DNA of 63,171 nucleotides, from assembly GCA_036840015.1 (NCBI GenBank), contig DAISVV010000001.1:1-63171 (forward strand), written 5' to 3'. Shown piece by piece: positions 20,819-31,573 of the stretch. Both the position numbers and the translations under genes were made by a program. The DNA comes from Micropepsaceae bacterium. GTDB taxonomy: Bacteria; Pseudomonadota; Alphaproteobacteria; Micropepsales; Micropepsaceae. Under the pieces are notes generated by a model, which worked only from the letters and a program-made list of their open reading frames with translations, was not told the origin of the DNA and did no database searches. The first letter of the stretch is position 1. Each line of letters opens with the position of its first letter.

Positions 20819-22006
20819 TCAGTCCAGCTGGTAGACCAAAGACTTCAGGTAGGCCGTCTCCGGCAGCATGGGATGCACCGGATGATCTGGACCTGCGCCG
20901 CTGGCGCGAATGATGCGTGTCTGCCTGCCGGTGCGATGGATGCCGATTGCACATTCTTCCTGGAAGCGCTCAGCCGAAATCGCGTGGCTGCAGGAGGCGA
21001 TGCAGAGGAAACCGCCCGGCGAGACGAGTTGCGTGCAGAGGCGGGCAAGCTTGCGATAGCCGCGGGCTCCCGCCTCGAGATCCTTGCGCGCGCGCACGAA
21101 CGGGGGCGGGTCGCAGGAGACGATGTCGAAGCGGTCGCCGCGCTGTCCCATCGCCTCGAGTTCGAGCATGGCATCACAGCGCCGAGCCTCAATGCCGCGC
21201 TCAATGCCATTCTCGCGTGCGGTGGTCAGCGCCTGGTCGAGCGCGGTCGCTGAGGAATCGAGCATCAGGGCGCTGGCTGCACCTTGCTTCAATGCGGCCA
21301 GTGCGAGCGCGCCGGTGTAGCTGAAGGCATCCAGCAGGCGTTGGCCTTTCGCGAGATGCACCAGGAAGGCTCGGTTGTCGCGCTGATCGAAGTACCAGCC
21401 GGTCTTCTGGGCGGCGATTGGCGCGAAGCGGTGCACGATGCCGCCTTCCTCGACCGTTGCGAGGGTGCCCGGGTCACCGTGGGCGCAGCGAACATCGTCG
21501 GCGAGGCCCTCATGGGCGCGCGCCGGTGCATCGTTCTTGATGAAGATGGCGCGGGGCGAGAAGACCTCTTCGAGGGCTTCGAACCACAGGGGTTCGAGGC
21601 CATCCATGCCAGCGGTTCCCGACTGGACGACGAACACATCCGCGAAACGGTCGATGACGAGGCCGGGGCAACCGTCAGCCTCGGCGTGAACAAGGCGGTA
21701 GAAGGGGCTTGGCAGCAGGCGGTCCCGCAGGCCGGCGGCCGCCCTGAAGCGGTCGGCGAAGAAGCGGGTGTCGATCTCGGCTGATGGCGTCGGCGTGAGG
21801 ATGCGTGCGGCGATGAGGCTGTGCGGGTTGAAGGTGGCGGTGCCGAAGCGGCCGTCCCGTTCGCCGCCGACGTCCACGAGCGTGCCGGGCTTCAGCGTCC
21901 TGGTCGCGCGGTCCATGACCACTTCGTTCGAATAGACCCAGGGTACGCCAGCCCTCAAGCGGCCAGCCTGCTTCGGGTTCACGCGCAGAAGAGGGCGGGG
22001 GCTCAC
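20819..22006 (-). CDS. rlmI: class I SAM-dependent 23S rRNA (cytosine-C5) methyltransferase, RlmI-like
   Basis: 395 aa. N-terminal PUA-like region (RLRAGVPWVYSNEV) and a C-terminal Rossmann methyltransferase (LLDAFSYTGALALAA...DPPPF). The GTG start overlaps the upstream gene's stop (GTGA). Confidence 0.75.
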   Translation of the reverse strand: MSPRPLLRVNPKQAGRLRAGVPWVYSNEVVMDRATRTLKPGTLVDVGGERDGRFGTATFNPHSLIAARILTPTPSAEIDTRFFADRFRAAAGLRDRLLPSPFYRLVHAEADGCPGLVIDRFADVFVVQSGTAGMDGLEPLWFEALEEVFSPRAIFIKNDAPARAHEGLADDVRCAHGDPGTLATVEEGGIVHRFAPIAAQKTGWYFDQRDNRAFLVHLAKGQRLLDAFSYTGALALAALKQGAASALMLDSSATALDQALTTARENGIERGIEARRCDAMLELEAMGQRGDRFDIVSCDPPPFVRARKDLEAGARGYRKLARLCTQLVSPGGFLCIASCSHAISAERFQEECAIGIHRTGRQTRIIRASGAGPDHPVHPMLPETAYLKSLVYQLD

Positions 22007-22989
22007 AACATCGCCGCAAGCACGCGATCAGGCGGCTTGTGACCGTCGGCGAAGGTCTTGATGTTGATGATGACCTTCTCGCCCATGTCGATGCGGCCCT
22101 CAAGGGTTGCCGATCCCATGTGCGGCAGAAGCACGACGTTGCGCAGCTTGAGAAGCTTCGGGTTGACCGCGGGTTCATGCTCGAACACGTCAAGGCCTGC
22201 GCCGGCGATCTCGTTGCCCTCGAGCATGCGGGCGAGTGCGTTCTCGTCGATCACCTCGCCACGGGCCGTATTCACGATGAAGGCAGACGGCTTCATCAGC
22301 TTGAGGCGGCGCGCCGAGAGCAGGTGGTAGGTTGCCGGCGTGTGCGGGCAGTTGACGGAGACGATGTCCATCCGGGCCAGCATCTGGTCGAGGCTGTCCC
22401 AATAGGTGGCCTCGAGTTCCTCCTCGATCGGCTTCGCGACGGCCTTGCGGTTGTGGTAGTGGATCTGCAGGCCAAAGGCCTTGGCCCGGCGCGCCACTGC
22501 CTGGCCGATACGGCCCATGCCAATGATGCCCAGGCGCTTGCCCGTCAGGCGCTGTCCAAGCATCCAGGTCGGCGACCAGCCCTTGAACTCGCCCCGCGAT
22601 ATGATCGAGGAGCCCTCGACGATGCGGCGGGGTACGGCGAGGATCAGGGCCATGGTGATGTCGGCGGTATCCTCTGTCAGGACGCCGGGCGTGTTCGTCA
22701 CCGTGATGCCGCGCGCGCGTGCCGTCTCAAGATCGATGTTGTCAACGCCGGCACCAAAATTGGCGATCAGGCGCAAGCGTTCGCCGGCGCGCGAGAGGAT
22801 GCGCGCATCGAGGCGGTCGGTCACGGTCGGCACAATCACGTCGGCCCGCTGGACGGCGTCGATCAGCTGTTCGCGCGTCATGGCCACGTCATCGACATTC
22901 AGCTTGGCGTCAAAGAGTTCCCGCATCCGGGTCTCGATGGCGTCCGGCAGCCTGCGCGTTACGATGACCAGCGGTTTCTTGTTGGGCAT
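22003..22989 (-). CDS. D-isomer-specific 2-hydroxyacid dehydrogenase (glyoxylate/hydroxypyruvate reductase-like)
   Basis: 328 aa. NAD loop GIIGMGRIGQAVARRA. Catalytic region NTARGEVID...DVFEHEP...LPHMGSAT. Confidence 0.88.
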   Translation of the reverse strand: MPNKKPLVIVTRRLPDAIETRMRELFDAKLNVDDVAMTREQLIDAVQRADVIVPTVTDRLDARILSRAGERLRLIANFGAGVDNIDLETARARGITVTNTPGVLTEDTADITMALILAVPRRIVEGSSIISRGEFKGWSPTWMLGQRLTGKRLGIIGMGRIGQAVARRAKAFGLQIHYHNRKAVAKPIEEELEATYWDSLDQMLARMDIVSVNCPHTPATYHLLSARRLKLMKPSAFIVNTARGEVIDENALARMLEGNEIAGAGLDVFEHEPAVNPKLLKLRNVVLLPHMGSATLEGRIDMGEKVIINIKTFADGHKPPDRVLAAML

Positions 22990-23181
22990 GGATCGGATTC
23001 AATACGGGGTGACCGTTTCTCTCTAGCAGGGGAACAGGGCTGTTCATAGACAAAAATGACCCGGAACATTCCTTCAGTCGATAACCCAAAATTAAGCGGC
23101 TTGACCCTGATATTGCTCATCAAAACGGCAGCTCAACCATAAGAGACGGCGGTCAACAGCCGACCGGGTACGAGGGTAACT

Positions 23182-23757
23182 TTGCGACGGGTCCTGATGG
23201 TGTTACTGGCCGTGCTAGCCGGTCAAACGGGGTTTGTTTCGACCGATGCGGTTGCTTCGGCGGGTGGCGGTACAGAGCCTCAGGTGCAGGCTGCCCTGTC
23301 GCCAACACCGGCGACCAAGGTGCCACCGCCGATCGTGGCGACCGGGCGTCCGGTACCGCGCTGGGTCACCATCAAGGCCAATCGGGTCAATGTCCGCCAC
23401 ATGCCCGGGCTCGAGCATCCGATCCTCTGGACGTATGTGAAGGCCGGCACGCCGGTCAGGATCATCGAAGAGTACTACAACTGGCGCAAGATCGAGGACT
23501 TGAACGGCACGAAGGGCTGGGTCAAGGCCGCGATGCTGGATGGCCGACGCAATGTCATGGTTACGGGCAGGGTCAACCAGCCATTGCTGGTCGCGCCACA
23601 TGCTGATGCACGCACCATTGCCTATGCGGCACCGGGCCTTGTGGCCAAGGTCGTTTCCTGCGCCGGAACCTGGTGTGTGATCTCGTCGCGCGGCTACGAG
23701 GGTTACGTCGAGCGCAGCCACCTGTGGGGCGTCGAGCCCGAGGAAAGCTTCAACTGA
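23182..23757 (+). CDS. secreted SH3b-domain protein (DUF1058-like)
   Basis: 191 aa. Signal peptide MRRVLMVLLAVLAGQTGFVSTDAVASA. Two SH3b-like segments (NVRHMPGLEHPILWTYVKAGTPVRIIEEYYNWRKIEDLNGTKGWV). Start is TTG 23182 or ATG 23194. Confidence 0.7.
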   Translation: MRRVLMVLLAVLAGQTGFVSTDAVASAGGGTEPQVQAALSPTPATKVPPPIVATGRPVPRWVTIKANRVNVRHMPGLEHPILWTYVKAGTPVRIIEEYYNWRKIEDLNGTKGWVKAAMLDGRRNVMVTGRVNQPLLVAPHADARTIAYAAPGLVAKVVSCAGTWCVISSRGYEGYVERSHLWGVEPEESFN

Positions 23758-23782
23758 AGCCGGCCGGTGAGCCCCGCCCGGT

Positions 23783-24739
23783 TCAGAGACCGTCGAAGAG
23801 TGCCGTCGAGAGATAGCGCTCGGCAAAAGACGGGATGATCGTCACGATCGTCTTGCCGACCATGTCGGAGCGCTGCGCCAGTTCCAGCGCCGCGGCGACG
23901 GCTGCGCCTGACGAGATGCCGACGGGGATGCCCTCGAGCCGCGCCACCCGGCGGGCGGTGGCAAACGCGGTCTCGTTTCCGATGGTGACGATCTCGTCGA
24001 TGATCTCGCGGTCGAGGATGCCCGGCACGAAGCCGGCGCCGATGCCCTGTATCTTGTGCGGTCCCGGCTGGCGTCCGGACAGGACGGCGCTGTCCTCGGG
24101 TTCAACGGCTACCATCCTGATGGAAGGCTTCAGCTTCTTCAGGGCGCGACCTACGCCCGTGATCGTGCCGCCCGTGCCCACGCCCGAAATGACGACGTCG
24201 ACCTTGCCCTGCGTGTCGTTCCAGATCTCCTGCGCCGTGGTGCGCACGTGGATGTCGGGATTGGCCGGGTTCTCGAATTGCTGCGGGATGATGGCGTTCG
24301 GTATTTCGCGGGCGAGTTCCTGGGCGCGGGCGACGGCGCCACGCATGCCCTGGGCTGCGGGGGTCAGTTCGAGGCGTGCACCGAGCAGGAGCAGCATCTT
24401 GCGCCGTTCCATCGACATGGACTCGGGCATGACGAGGATGAGCGGATAGCCCTTGGCGGCGGCCACGAAGGCGAGGGCAATACCCGTGTTGCCGGAGGTC
24501 GGTTCAATCAGGGTGGTGCCGGGCCTGATGCGGCCGGCACGCTCGAGGTCATCGATCATCGAGACGCCGATGCGGTCCTTGACGCTTGCCAGGGGGTTGA
24601 AGAACTCGAGCTTGAGCAGAATGTCTGCCCGGGCGTTGGCCTCTTTCGCGACGCGGTGGATGCGCACGAGCGGTGTGTTGCCGATCGTGTCGACGATGGA
24701 GTCGTAGATCCGGCCGCGGCCAGGCGCCTCATTGCTCAT
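23783..24739 (-). CDS. cysK: cysteine synthase A (O-acetylserine sulfhydrylase)
   Basis: 318 aa. [14 protein letters not shown] (PLP lysine), [20 protein letters not shown]. Confidence 0.95.
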   Translation of the reverse strand: MSNEAPGRGRIYDSIVDTIGNTPLVRIHRVAKEANARADILLKLEFFNPLASVKDRIGVSMIDDLERAGRIRPGTTLIEPTSGNTGIALAFVAAAKGYPLILVMPESMSMERRKMLLLLGARLELTPAAQGMRGAVARAQELAREIPNAIIPQQFENPANPDIHVRTTAQEIWNDTQGKVDVVISGVGTGGTITGVGRALKKLKPSIRMVAVEPEDSAVLSGRQPGPHKIQGIGAGFVPGILDREIIDEIVTIGNETAFATARRVARLEGIPVGISSGAAVAAALELAQRSDMVGKTIVTIIPSFAERYLSTALFDGL

Positions 24740-24767
24740 TCAGGTCGTTCCTTCAAGGGCTTTGTTT

Positions 24768-25220
24768 TCAGATCGCAAAGTCGACGCGCGGGGCTCCGGG
24801 TTCGGCAAGGCCCTGCCTTTCAGCGTCGACGCAGAGATCCTCTATGGATATGGCGTCAAGCTGGCGCAGCAGGTCAAGATGTACCCGCTCGATGGCGGGT
24901 CTGACGATCTTCTCGCCGATGGCGGAGGTACCGGCGAGAGGGGGCTCGTCCGCCACTTCGAGTTCGGCCACAATCCGTACGATTTCACCCGCAGTGATGC
25001 GGCGGCGCTCCTTGGCAAGGCGATAGCCGCCCCGCGGCCCGCGCACACCCTTCAGCACGCCTTGACGCACCAGAGCCTGCATGACCTGCTCAAGGTAGCG
25101 ATCGGGGACACCCTGGCGGCGCATGATCTCCCTGGATTGCACAGGCTCGGGCCTGGCGTTGCATGCGATGTCGACCACTGCCTCGAGCGCGAGTATGGCC
25201 TTGCGTGATAAACGTAGCAT
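24768..25220 (-). CDS. Rrf2-family transcriptional regulator lacking the 3-Cys cluster (CymR-like rather than IscR/NsrR-like)
   Basis: 150 aa from ATG 25220. MLRLSRKAILALEAVVDIA...GVLKGVRGPRGGYRLA is the Rrf2 winged helix. It has only two scattered Cys residues. The ORF track opens it earlier, at 25301. Confidence 0.8.
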   Translation of the reverse strand: MLRLSRKAILALEAVVDIACNARPEPVQSREIMRRQGVPDRYLEQVMQALVRQGVLKGVRGPRGGYRLAKERRRITAGEIVRIVAELEVADEPPLAGTSAIGEKIVRPAIERVHLDLLRQLDAISIEDLCVDAERQGLAEPGAPRVDFAI

Positions 25221-25224
25221 CAGC

Positions 25225-25692
25225 TTACCTTTCGTCCTTGGGGCGCATGCCGGTTGAACCGAACCCGCCGCTGCCCCGCCGTGTCTCGGGCAGGTGGGCA
25301 ACAGGTTCGAATACGGAAGTCGTTACGGGAGCGATCACAAGCTGGGCAATTCGGTCATTGCGCTTCAGCGTGAAAGGCTCGTGTCCGTGGTTGACGAGGA
25401 TGACTTTCACCTCGCCCCGGTAGTCCGCATCGATCGTGCCGGGGGCGTTGAGCACGGTGACGCCATTGCGTGCCGCGAGGCCCGACCGCGGCCGTACCTG
25501 ACCCTCATAGCCGTCGGGGATCGCGATGGCGTAACCCGTGGCGATGGCGCGAAAGGTGCCTGGCTCAAGCGTGGCATCCTCGGCTGCATGAATGTCGTGG
25601 CCTGCGGCGCCCGGCGTGGCCTGGAGGGGCGGATGAACGCCCTCGGCCCCGGGCATGCGGATGCAGGGAATGACGAGCGCGTCCCTGGTCAT
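25225..25692 (-). CDS. dut: dUTP diphosphatase
   Basis: 155 aa. [34 protein letters not shown]. The ATG overlaps the coaBC stop (ATGA). Confidence 0.95.
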   Translation of the reverse strand: MTRDALVIPCIRMPGAEGVHPPLQATPGAAGHDIHAAEDATLEPGTFRAIATGYAIAIPDGYEGQVRPRSGLAARNGVTVLNAPGTIDADYRGEVKVILVNHGHEPFTLKRNDRIAQLVIAPVTTSVFEPVAHLPETRRGSGGFGSTGMRPKDER

Positions 25693-26900
25693 GGTTCACC
25701 CTTTCCGAAGTGGCGTACCATGCGTTCGACGAGCCTGCGGGCTACTTCCTGCTTGGCGAGTTTTGGCCAGGTCTCCTCGCCCGCTGCGCAGACCAAGTGG
25801 ACCGTGTTCTCGTCGCCGCCGAGTACGCCGGTCGCGGGCGCAACGTCGTTTGCCACGATCCAATCGCAGGCCTTGCGGGCCAGCTTGGTGCGGGCGTGCG
25901 CGATCACGTCCTGCGTCTCTGCGGCAAATCCGATGACCAGTGACGGCCTGCCCTTGGGCAGGGTTGCGATGGTCCTGAGGATGTCGGGATTTTCGACGAG
26001 ATGGAGCTGGGGCGGGCCTGCACCGTCCTGTTTCTTGATCTTTTCGCTGCTTGTGCTGTCGACGCGCCAGTCCGCCACGGCTGCCGTGAAGACCGCGATG
26101 TCGGCGGGCAGCGCGCTGTTGCAGGCGGCCATCATGTCCGTCGCGGCTTCGACACGCACGGTGTTGACACCGGCGGGCGCGGGGATGGATGTCGGCCCGC
26201 TGACCAGCGTCGTTGCTGCGCCGGCCTCGGCGAGCGCTGCGGCGATCGCATAGCCCTGCTTGCCGGACGAGCGGTTGGAGATGAAGCGGATGGGATCGAT
26301 GGCCTCGAGCGTGGGGCCTGCCGTGACGAGTGCGCGGCGTCCGGCGAGGGGCTTGCCTGAGGTCAGGGCGGCGATCACGGCCTCGACAATGTCAGGCGGC
26401 TCGGCGAGGCGGCCAATGCCGTATTCTCCGCACGCCATGCTTCCTTCCACGGGGCCCACGGTTCGCGTCCCGCGGGCGATCACGCGGGCCAGGTTTTCCT
26501 GCGTGGCGGGGTGGTGCCACATGCGGACATTCATGGCGGGGGCGAGAAGGACGGGCTTGTCGGTTGCCAGCAGGGCCGTCGCGGCCAGGTCATCGGCGCG
26601 CCCCTGCGCCATGCGGGCGATCAGGTTCGCCGTGGCAGGTGCCACGACGACCAGGTCCGCCTCCCGGGAGAGGCGGATATGTCCCATCTCGGCTTCGTCG
26701 GTGAGACTGAAGAGGTCCTCGTACACGCGTTCGCCGGACAGTCCGGCGACCGAGAGGGGGGTCACGAAACGGCTGCCTGCCTGGGTCAGGATGCAACGGA
26801 CGGCGGCGCCCTGCCGCCGGAGGAGGCGGATCACCTCGAGGCTCTTATAGGCAGCGATGCCGCCGCCTATGATGAGCAGTATGCGCTTGCCGGCGAGCAC
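25689..26900 (-). CDS. coaBC: bifunctional phosphopantothenoylcysteine decarboxylase / phosphopantothenate-cysteine ligase
   Basis: 403 aa. [10 protein letters not shown] (flavoprotein domain), [27 protein letters not shown]. Confidence 0.95.
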   Translation of the reverse strand: MLAGKRILLIIGGGIAAYKSLEVIRLLRRQGAAVRCILTQAGSRFVTPLSVAGLSGERVYEDLFSLTDEAEMGHIRLSREADLVVVAPATANLIARMAQGRADDLAATALLATDKPVLLAPAMNVRMWHHPATQENLARVIARGTRTVGPVEGSMACGEYGIGRLAEPPDIVEAVIAALTSGKPLAGRRALVTAGPTLEAIDPIRFISNRSSGKQGYAIAAALAEAGAATTLVSGPTSIPAPAGVNTVRVEAATDMMAACNSALPADIAVFTAAVADWRVDSTSSEKIKKQDGAGPPQLHLVENPDILRTIATLPKGRPSLVIGFAAETQDVIAHARTKLARKACDWIVANDVAPATGVLGGDENTVHLVCAAGEETWPKLAKQEVARRLVERMVRHFGKGEP

Positions 26901-27008
26901 TGCGTTCGTCCCTATTCACGATGAAACAACAAGACTATAGCTGTTCCACGACCCCGAATGTGAAAATTGTGTGTGGATTGGTTAATCCCACTCGAATTCC
27001 CGCGAAAC

Positions 27009-28583
27009 CTACATAATCGCGAAGGCGGCGATTACAAGCGCCAGCAACACGATCCATGGCACGGGCGTGCCCCATTGAAGGGCCTGCGGGCGGGCTTCGC
27101 CGATGGCCCGCGCGCTGTCGGGGTGAAGGCGGATCCCACCTTCCTGGAGTTCCGTGGCGATACGGGCGACCCTTTGCAGTGCGTCGGGCAGGGCGGCGAC
27201 CGCCCGACCGAGGGACGCGATGCCTGCCGAGGCGTCCCGCAAGCGGGCCTCGGGGCCGATGCTGTCGATCATCCAGCGCTCGATCACGGGCCGGGCGGCC
27301 TCCCAGATCGAGTGATCGGGATCAAGCTGGCGGGCGACGCCCTCGACCACGACCATGGTCTTCTGGAGCATGACGAGCTGGGGCTGCATGGGCATGTCGA
27401 AGAGGCGGGTGACCTCGAAGAGCTGCCCGAGGAGGCGGGCCATCGACATGTTCGAGGCCGGGCGGCCGAAGATCGGCTCGCCGATGGCACGCAGGGCCTG
27501 CGCGAAGTCCTCGACCGCGTGGTGTGGTGGCACGAAGCCGATCTCGAGATGGATGCGGGCGACGCGGTGGTAGTCCCTGGCGAGGAAGCCCGCGAGGGTC
27601 TCGGCCATGAAGCGGCGCAGCTGCGTGTCGAGGCGTCCCATGATGCCAAAGTCGACGACCACGATCTTGCCGGACGCGTCGACGAAGAGATTGCCCGGGT
27701 GCATGTCGGCGTGAAAGAAGCCGTCGCGCAAGGCGTGGCGCAGGAAGGCCTGTATCAGGTTCGTTGCCAACCGCTTGAGATCATGGCCCTGCGCCAGAAG
27801 CGCCTCGCGGTTTCGCAAGGGTGTGCCGTCGATCCATTCGGTTGCCAGCACGCGCCTTGAGGTGAAGTCCCAGTCGACTGCCGGAACGCGCAGGTCAGTG
27901 TCCTGGGCTGAGTTGGCGCGCAATTCATCCGCTGCTGCGGCTTCGAGGCGCAGATCCATCTCGAGGGCAACAGAGCGTGCCAGCGTGTCGACGAAGGCGC
28001 GCGGCTTCAGGCGCCTAGCTTCGCTGCCGAGGCGCTCGACCTGGCGGGCGGCCCAGGCGAAGGCGGACAGGTCGCGTGCGAACTCTGCTTCCACATCGGG
28101 GCGCAGGATCTTGATGGCGAGGCTGCGGGGAGGGGCCGTTCCTGATGGCGGCGCAAGGGTGACCTTGTGGACCTGGGCGATCGAGGCCGCGGCCACGGCG
28201 TCGCCGAGGTTGCCCAGCCGGGCCCGTTTTTCTTCGCCAAGCTCGGCTGCGAGGATGGCGCGGGCCTGATCCAGGGAGAAGGGGGGCAGGCGGTCCTGCA
28301 GTTCGGACAGGTCCATTGCGATGGCGGGGCCTATGACGTCGGGGCGGGTCGCGAGGAACTGTCCTGCCTTGATGTAGGAGGGGCCCAATTCCGTGAAAGC
28401 GCGCGCGAGGCGTTCACCGCTGCGGCCCGTGCCGGCGGCGCGACCCCTCGGCACGAAACGCGCGAGCAAGCGCACGGGTGGCGGCGTGAGCGGGAGCCAT
28501 TCCGCCGGCGGAAGGACGCCGTGCTTCGCAAGGACGCGCGCCCCCCGCGTGAGGCGGACGATTTTCTGGAAGATACCCAGCAT
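27009..28583 (-). CDS. ubiB: ubiquinone biosynthesis ABC1/UbiB-family kinase-like protein
   Basis: 524 aa. AASIAQVHKV, FFHADMHPGNLFV, DFGIMGRL, and a C-terminal TM helix. It starts 1 nt after the ubiE stop. Confidence 0.92.
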   Translation of the reverse strand: MLGIFQKIVRLTRGARVLAKHGVLPPAEWLPLTPPPVRLLARFVPRGRAAGTGRSGERLARAFTELGPSYIKAGQFLATRPDVIGPAIAMDLSELQDRLPPFSLDQARAILAAELGEEKRARLGNLGDAVAAASIAQVHKVTLAPPSGTAPPRSLAIKILRPDVEAEFARDLSAFAWAARQVERLGSEARRLKPRAFVDTLARSVALEMDLRLEAAAADELRANSAQDTDLRVPAVDWDFTSRRVLATEWIDGTPLRNREALLAQGHDLKRLATNLIQAFLRHALRDGFFHADMHPGNLFVDASGKIVVVDFGIMGRLDTQLRRFMAETLAGFLARDYHRVARIHLEIGFVPPHHAVEDFAQALRAIGEPIFGRPASNMSMARLLGQLFEVTRLFDMPMQPQLVMLQKTMVVVEGVARQLDPDHSIWEAARPVIERWMIDSIGPEARLRDASAGIASLGRAVAALPDALQRVARIATELQEGGIRLHPDSARAIGEARPQALQWGTPVPWIVLLALVIAAFAIM

Positions 28584-28584
28584 G

Positions 28585-29346
28585 TCAATCCGCCCAGGCG
28601 GAATGGATCGTCACCACGCCAGCCGTCAGTTCGCGCCATTTCGTCCGCCTGAAGCCGGCCGCGTCGATCATGGCGGCGAAATCCTCGCGCGAGGGGAAGC
28701 GGCGGATCGACTCGACCAGGTATTCGTAGGCGGCCCTGTCATTTGTGACCGCCTGGCCGATCGCCGGGATCACGTTGAACGACCAGAGGTCGTAGAGGCG
28801 GCCCAGCAGCGGGTCATCGACCTTCGAGAACTCGAGGCAGAGGAAATGCCCGCGGGGCCTGAGGACACGGCGGGCCTCCTTCAGGGCCCGATCGATATGG
28901 GTCACGTTGCGAATGCCGAAGGCGATCGTATAGGCGTCAAAACTTGCGTCTGCCATTGGCAGCTGCTCGGCGTCGCCACAGGCAAAGTTGACCCGGCTCT
29001 CGAGGTGGCGCTGGCGGGTGCGCTGGCGGCCGACGCCCAGCATGCCCTCGTTGATGTCGCAGACCGTTGCGTGCGCCGTGGTGGCGCGGGCCCCAAGGCG
29101 GTCAAGGAAGCGGAAGGCGATGTCGCCGGTACCGCCTGCGACATCGAGCAGCTGCATCGTGGGTGTCGGGGCGAGCCAGTCGATCAGGGCGTCCTTCCAG
29201 ATGCGATGGATGCCCATCGACATCAGGTCGTTCATGACGTCGTAGCGGCCGGCGACGGAGGTGAAGATCTCACCGACAAGGCGCGACTTGTCGGCCTCCG
29301 GCACATCGCGGAATCCGAAACTCGCGGTTGGTTCCCTGTCTTTCAT
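28585..29346 (-). CDS. ubiE: ubiquinone/menaquinone biosynthesis C-methyltransferase UbiE
   Basis: 253 aa. [38 protein letters not shown]. Confidence 0.95.
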   Translation of the reverse strand: MKDREPTASFGFRDVPEADKSRLVGEIFTSVAGRYDVMNDLMSMGIHRIWKDALIDWLAPTPTMQLLDVAGGTGDIAFRFLDRLGARATTAHATVCDINEGMLGVGRQRTRQRHLESRVNFACGDAEQLPMADASFDAYTIAFGIRNVTHIDRALKEARRVLRPRGHFLCLEFSKVDDPLLGRLYDLWSFNVIPAIGQAVTNDRAAYEYLVESIRRFPSREDFAAMIDAAGFRRTKWRELTAGVVTIHSAWAD

Positions 29347-29404
29347 GGCTTTGCGCTACACTCTAGTCTCTCTTTCAGGCCGCTGCCACGCTACACTGCG
29401 TCCC

Positions 29405-30250
29405 ATGCCTGAATTGCCCGAAGTTGAAACGGTTCGACGCGGCCTTGCGCCTGTCCTTGAGGGGCGTGTCCTCGCGCGCGTGCTGGCGCGCCGGAACGAC
29501 CTGCGCTTTCCTTTACCCAAGAACTTTGCCGGACGGTTAACGGGCCGGCGCGTTTTGCAGCTCAGCAGGCGGGCGAAATACATTCTGGCCCATCTGGACA
29601 ACGGGGAGGTGCTTCTCATCCACCTTGGCATGTCCGGGCGCTTCCAGATCGAGGGGCAGGGGGTCGGCCAATTCGTGCATCCGGGCGCCCTGCCGGGAAA
29701 ACATGACCATGTCGAGTTCCTGACCGATGACGGCGCGCGGATCGTGTACACGGACCATCGCCGCTTCGGGAGCATGGACCTTGTGCCGGAAGCAGATCTC
29801 GCCATGCATCGGCTCTTGCGCGCGATCGGGCCGGAACCGCTCTCGGAGGCGTTTGACGGTGGCCTGCTGGCGGCCCGGCTCGAGGGCAAGCGAACCCCCA
29901 TCAAGGCGGCGCTTCTTGACCAGCGGGTGGTTGCGGGACTGGGCAACATCTATGTGTGCGAGGCGCTGTTTCGCGCGGGAATATCGCCGCGGCGGCAGGC
30001 TTCGACCGTGCGCCTTTCGCGCACCGCGCGGCTTGTTCCCGACATCAAGGCTGTCCTGGCAGAGGCGATCCTTGCGGGCGGATCGACCTTGCGCGACTTC
30101 AAGGATACGAGCGGGGAGCTTGGCTATTTCCAGCACCGTTTCGATGTCTATGACCGGGAAGGCGAGGCTTGCCGGCGCTGCGGTGCGCCGGTGCGCCGGA
30201 TCGTGCAGTCCGGACGTTCGACGTTCTTCTGCAGCGGGTGCCAGCGCTGA
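29405..30250 (+). CDS. mutM: formamidopyrimidine-DNA glycosylase
   Basis: 281 aa from ATG 29405. [14 protein letters not shown] (N-terminal catalytic Pro after Met removal). C-terminal zinc finger [25 protein letters not shown]. Confidence 0.96.
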   Translation: MPELPEVETVRRGLAPVLEGRVLARVLARRNDLRFPLPKNFAGRLTGRRVLQLSRRAKYILAHLDNGEVLLIHLGMSGRFQIEGQGVGQFVHPGALPGKHDHVEFLTDDGARIVYTDHRRFGSMDLVPEADLAMHRLLRAIGPEPLSEAFDGGLLAARLEGKRTPIKAALLDQRVVAGLGNIYVCEALFRAGISPRRQASTVRLSRTARLVPDIKAVLAEAILAGGSTLRDFKDTSGELGYFQHRFDVYDREGEACRRCGAPVRRIVQSGRSTFFCSGCQR

Positions 30251-30325
30251 ACGGGAAAATGTGACAGGCCTCGGCTTGTCGGGTTCGAGGGGACGCGCTA
30301 AACCGCCGACGTCAACAGGACGGGT

Positions 30326-31108
30326 GTGCGGATGAGCTATGAGACCATCAAATATGACGTTCGTGGTGCGGTCGGGCTGATCACGCTCAACAGGCCGCAG
30401 GCGCTGAATGCGCTCAACACCCAGCTGATGCAGGAACTGAGCAGCGCGCTTGACGTGGCCGAGCGGGACGCGGGGATCCGGTGCATCGTGATCACGGGCT
30501 CGGAGAAGGCCTTTGCCGCCGGCGCCGACATCAAGGAAATGCAGCCCAAGACCTACATGGAAGCCTTTGGCGAGGATTTCATCACCACGCACCACGAGCG
30601 CGTGGCGCGCTGCCGCAAGCCGGTGATCGCGGCCGTGGCCGGGTTTGCCCTGGGCGGGGGGTGCGAGCTTGCCATGATGTGCGACTTCATCATCGCCGGG
30701 GACAATGCGAAGTTCGGCCAGCCGGAGATCAAGCTCGGTGTCATGCCGGGAATTGGCGGCACACAGCGGCTTACGCGCTTCATCGGCAAGTCGAAGGCCA
30801 TGGAAATGTGCCTGACCGGGCGGATGATGGATGCGGCCGAAGCGGAACGTTCGGGCCTGGTGAGCCGGGTCGTGCCGGTGGCCGATCTCCTGACGGAGGC
30901 ATTGAAGGCGGCCGATACAATCGCCGAGATGTCCATGCCCATCGCCATGATGACCAAGGAGACCATTAACCGTTCCTACGAGACCACCCTGTCCGAGGGG
31001 GTACTGTTCGAGCGGCGGGTCTTCCATTCCATGTTCGCCACGGCAGACCAGAAAGAGGGCATGGCGGCCTTCATCGAGAAGCGGAAAGCCAAGTTCGAGC
31101 ACCGCTGA
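30326..31108 (+). CDS. enoyl-CoA hydratase (crotonase family)
   Basis: 260 aa. [49 protein letters not shown]. Confidence 0.9.
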   Translation: MRMSYETIKYDVRGAVGLITLNRPQALNALNTQLMQELSSALDVAERDAGIRCIVITGSEKAFAAGADIKEMQPKTYMEAFGEDFITTHHERVARCRKPVIAAVAGFALGGGCELAMMCDFIIAGDNAKFGQPEIKLGVMPGIGGTQRLTRFIGKSKAMEMCLTGRMMDAAEAERSGLVSRVVPVADLLTEALKAADTIAEMSMPIAMMTKETINRSYETTLSEGVLFERRVFHSMFATADQKEGMAAFIEKRKAKFEHR

Positions 31109-31130
31109 AGGGCGCGGCAACTCTTCGCGG

Positions 31131-31160
31131 TTGACGGCGTCCGGCCCCCCTGTCTATAAG
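31131..31160 (+). promoter_or_regulatory. candidate sigma70-type promoter of rpsT
   Basis: TTGACG (31131-31136), an 18-nt spacer, then TATAAG (31155-31160). It lies about 48 nt upstream of the rpsT ATG. Confidence 0.4.
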
Positions 31161-31207
31161 CTTCGCCCTCTGAGCCTCAGGGCATGCCTTTCCAGGAGAT
31201 CATCCAT

Positions 31208-31480
31208 ATGGCGAATATCCGTTCAGCCGCGAAAGCCGCGCGCAAAGCCAAGCGGCGCGAGGGTGTGAACGTCGCCCGCAAGAGCCGTGTTCGCACCTTC
31301 GTGCGCAATGTCGAGGAAGCTATCGCCAGCGGCGACGCCAATGCGGCCGCGGCGGCGCTGCGCGCGGCCGAGCCTGAGCTCGTTCGTGGCGCCAACAAGC
31401 GCGTGCTTCACAAGCGCGCGGCGGCCCGCAAGGTTTCGCGCCTGACCCGCCGGGTCCGGTCCATGACGAAGAAGGCCTGA
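31208..31480 (+). CDS. rpsT: 30S ribosomal protein S20
   Basis: 90 aa. [18 protein letters not shown]...[13 protein letters not shown]...[13 protein letters not shown]. Confidence 0.95.
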   Translation: MANIRSAAKAARKAKRREGVNVARKSRVRTFVRNVEEAIASGDANAAAAALRAAEPELVRGANKRVLHKRAAARKVSRLTRRVRSMTKKA

Positions 31481-31533
31481 GGGCCTCAGGTCCGGCTCCT
31501 TCCGGGCGCTGCACCCCTGACAGACTGAAAAAA

Positions 31534-31573
31534 CCCCCGCAGCGCCCGACGGTGCTGCGGGGGTTTCGCTTTT
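31534..31573 (+). terminator. rho-independent terminator of rpsT
   Basis: cccccgcagc-(10-nt loop)-gctgcggggg forms a perfect 10-bp stem, followed by tttcgctttt. Confidence 0.8.

Noticed and set aside
26960-26995. DnaA-box-like TGTGGATTG and an imperfect palindrome tggattggttaatccca between coaBC and ubiB
   Set aside because: It matches TGTGGATAA at 7/9 positions. It is a single isolated site, and the palindrome has an extra base. This is insufficient to call a regulatory site.
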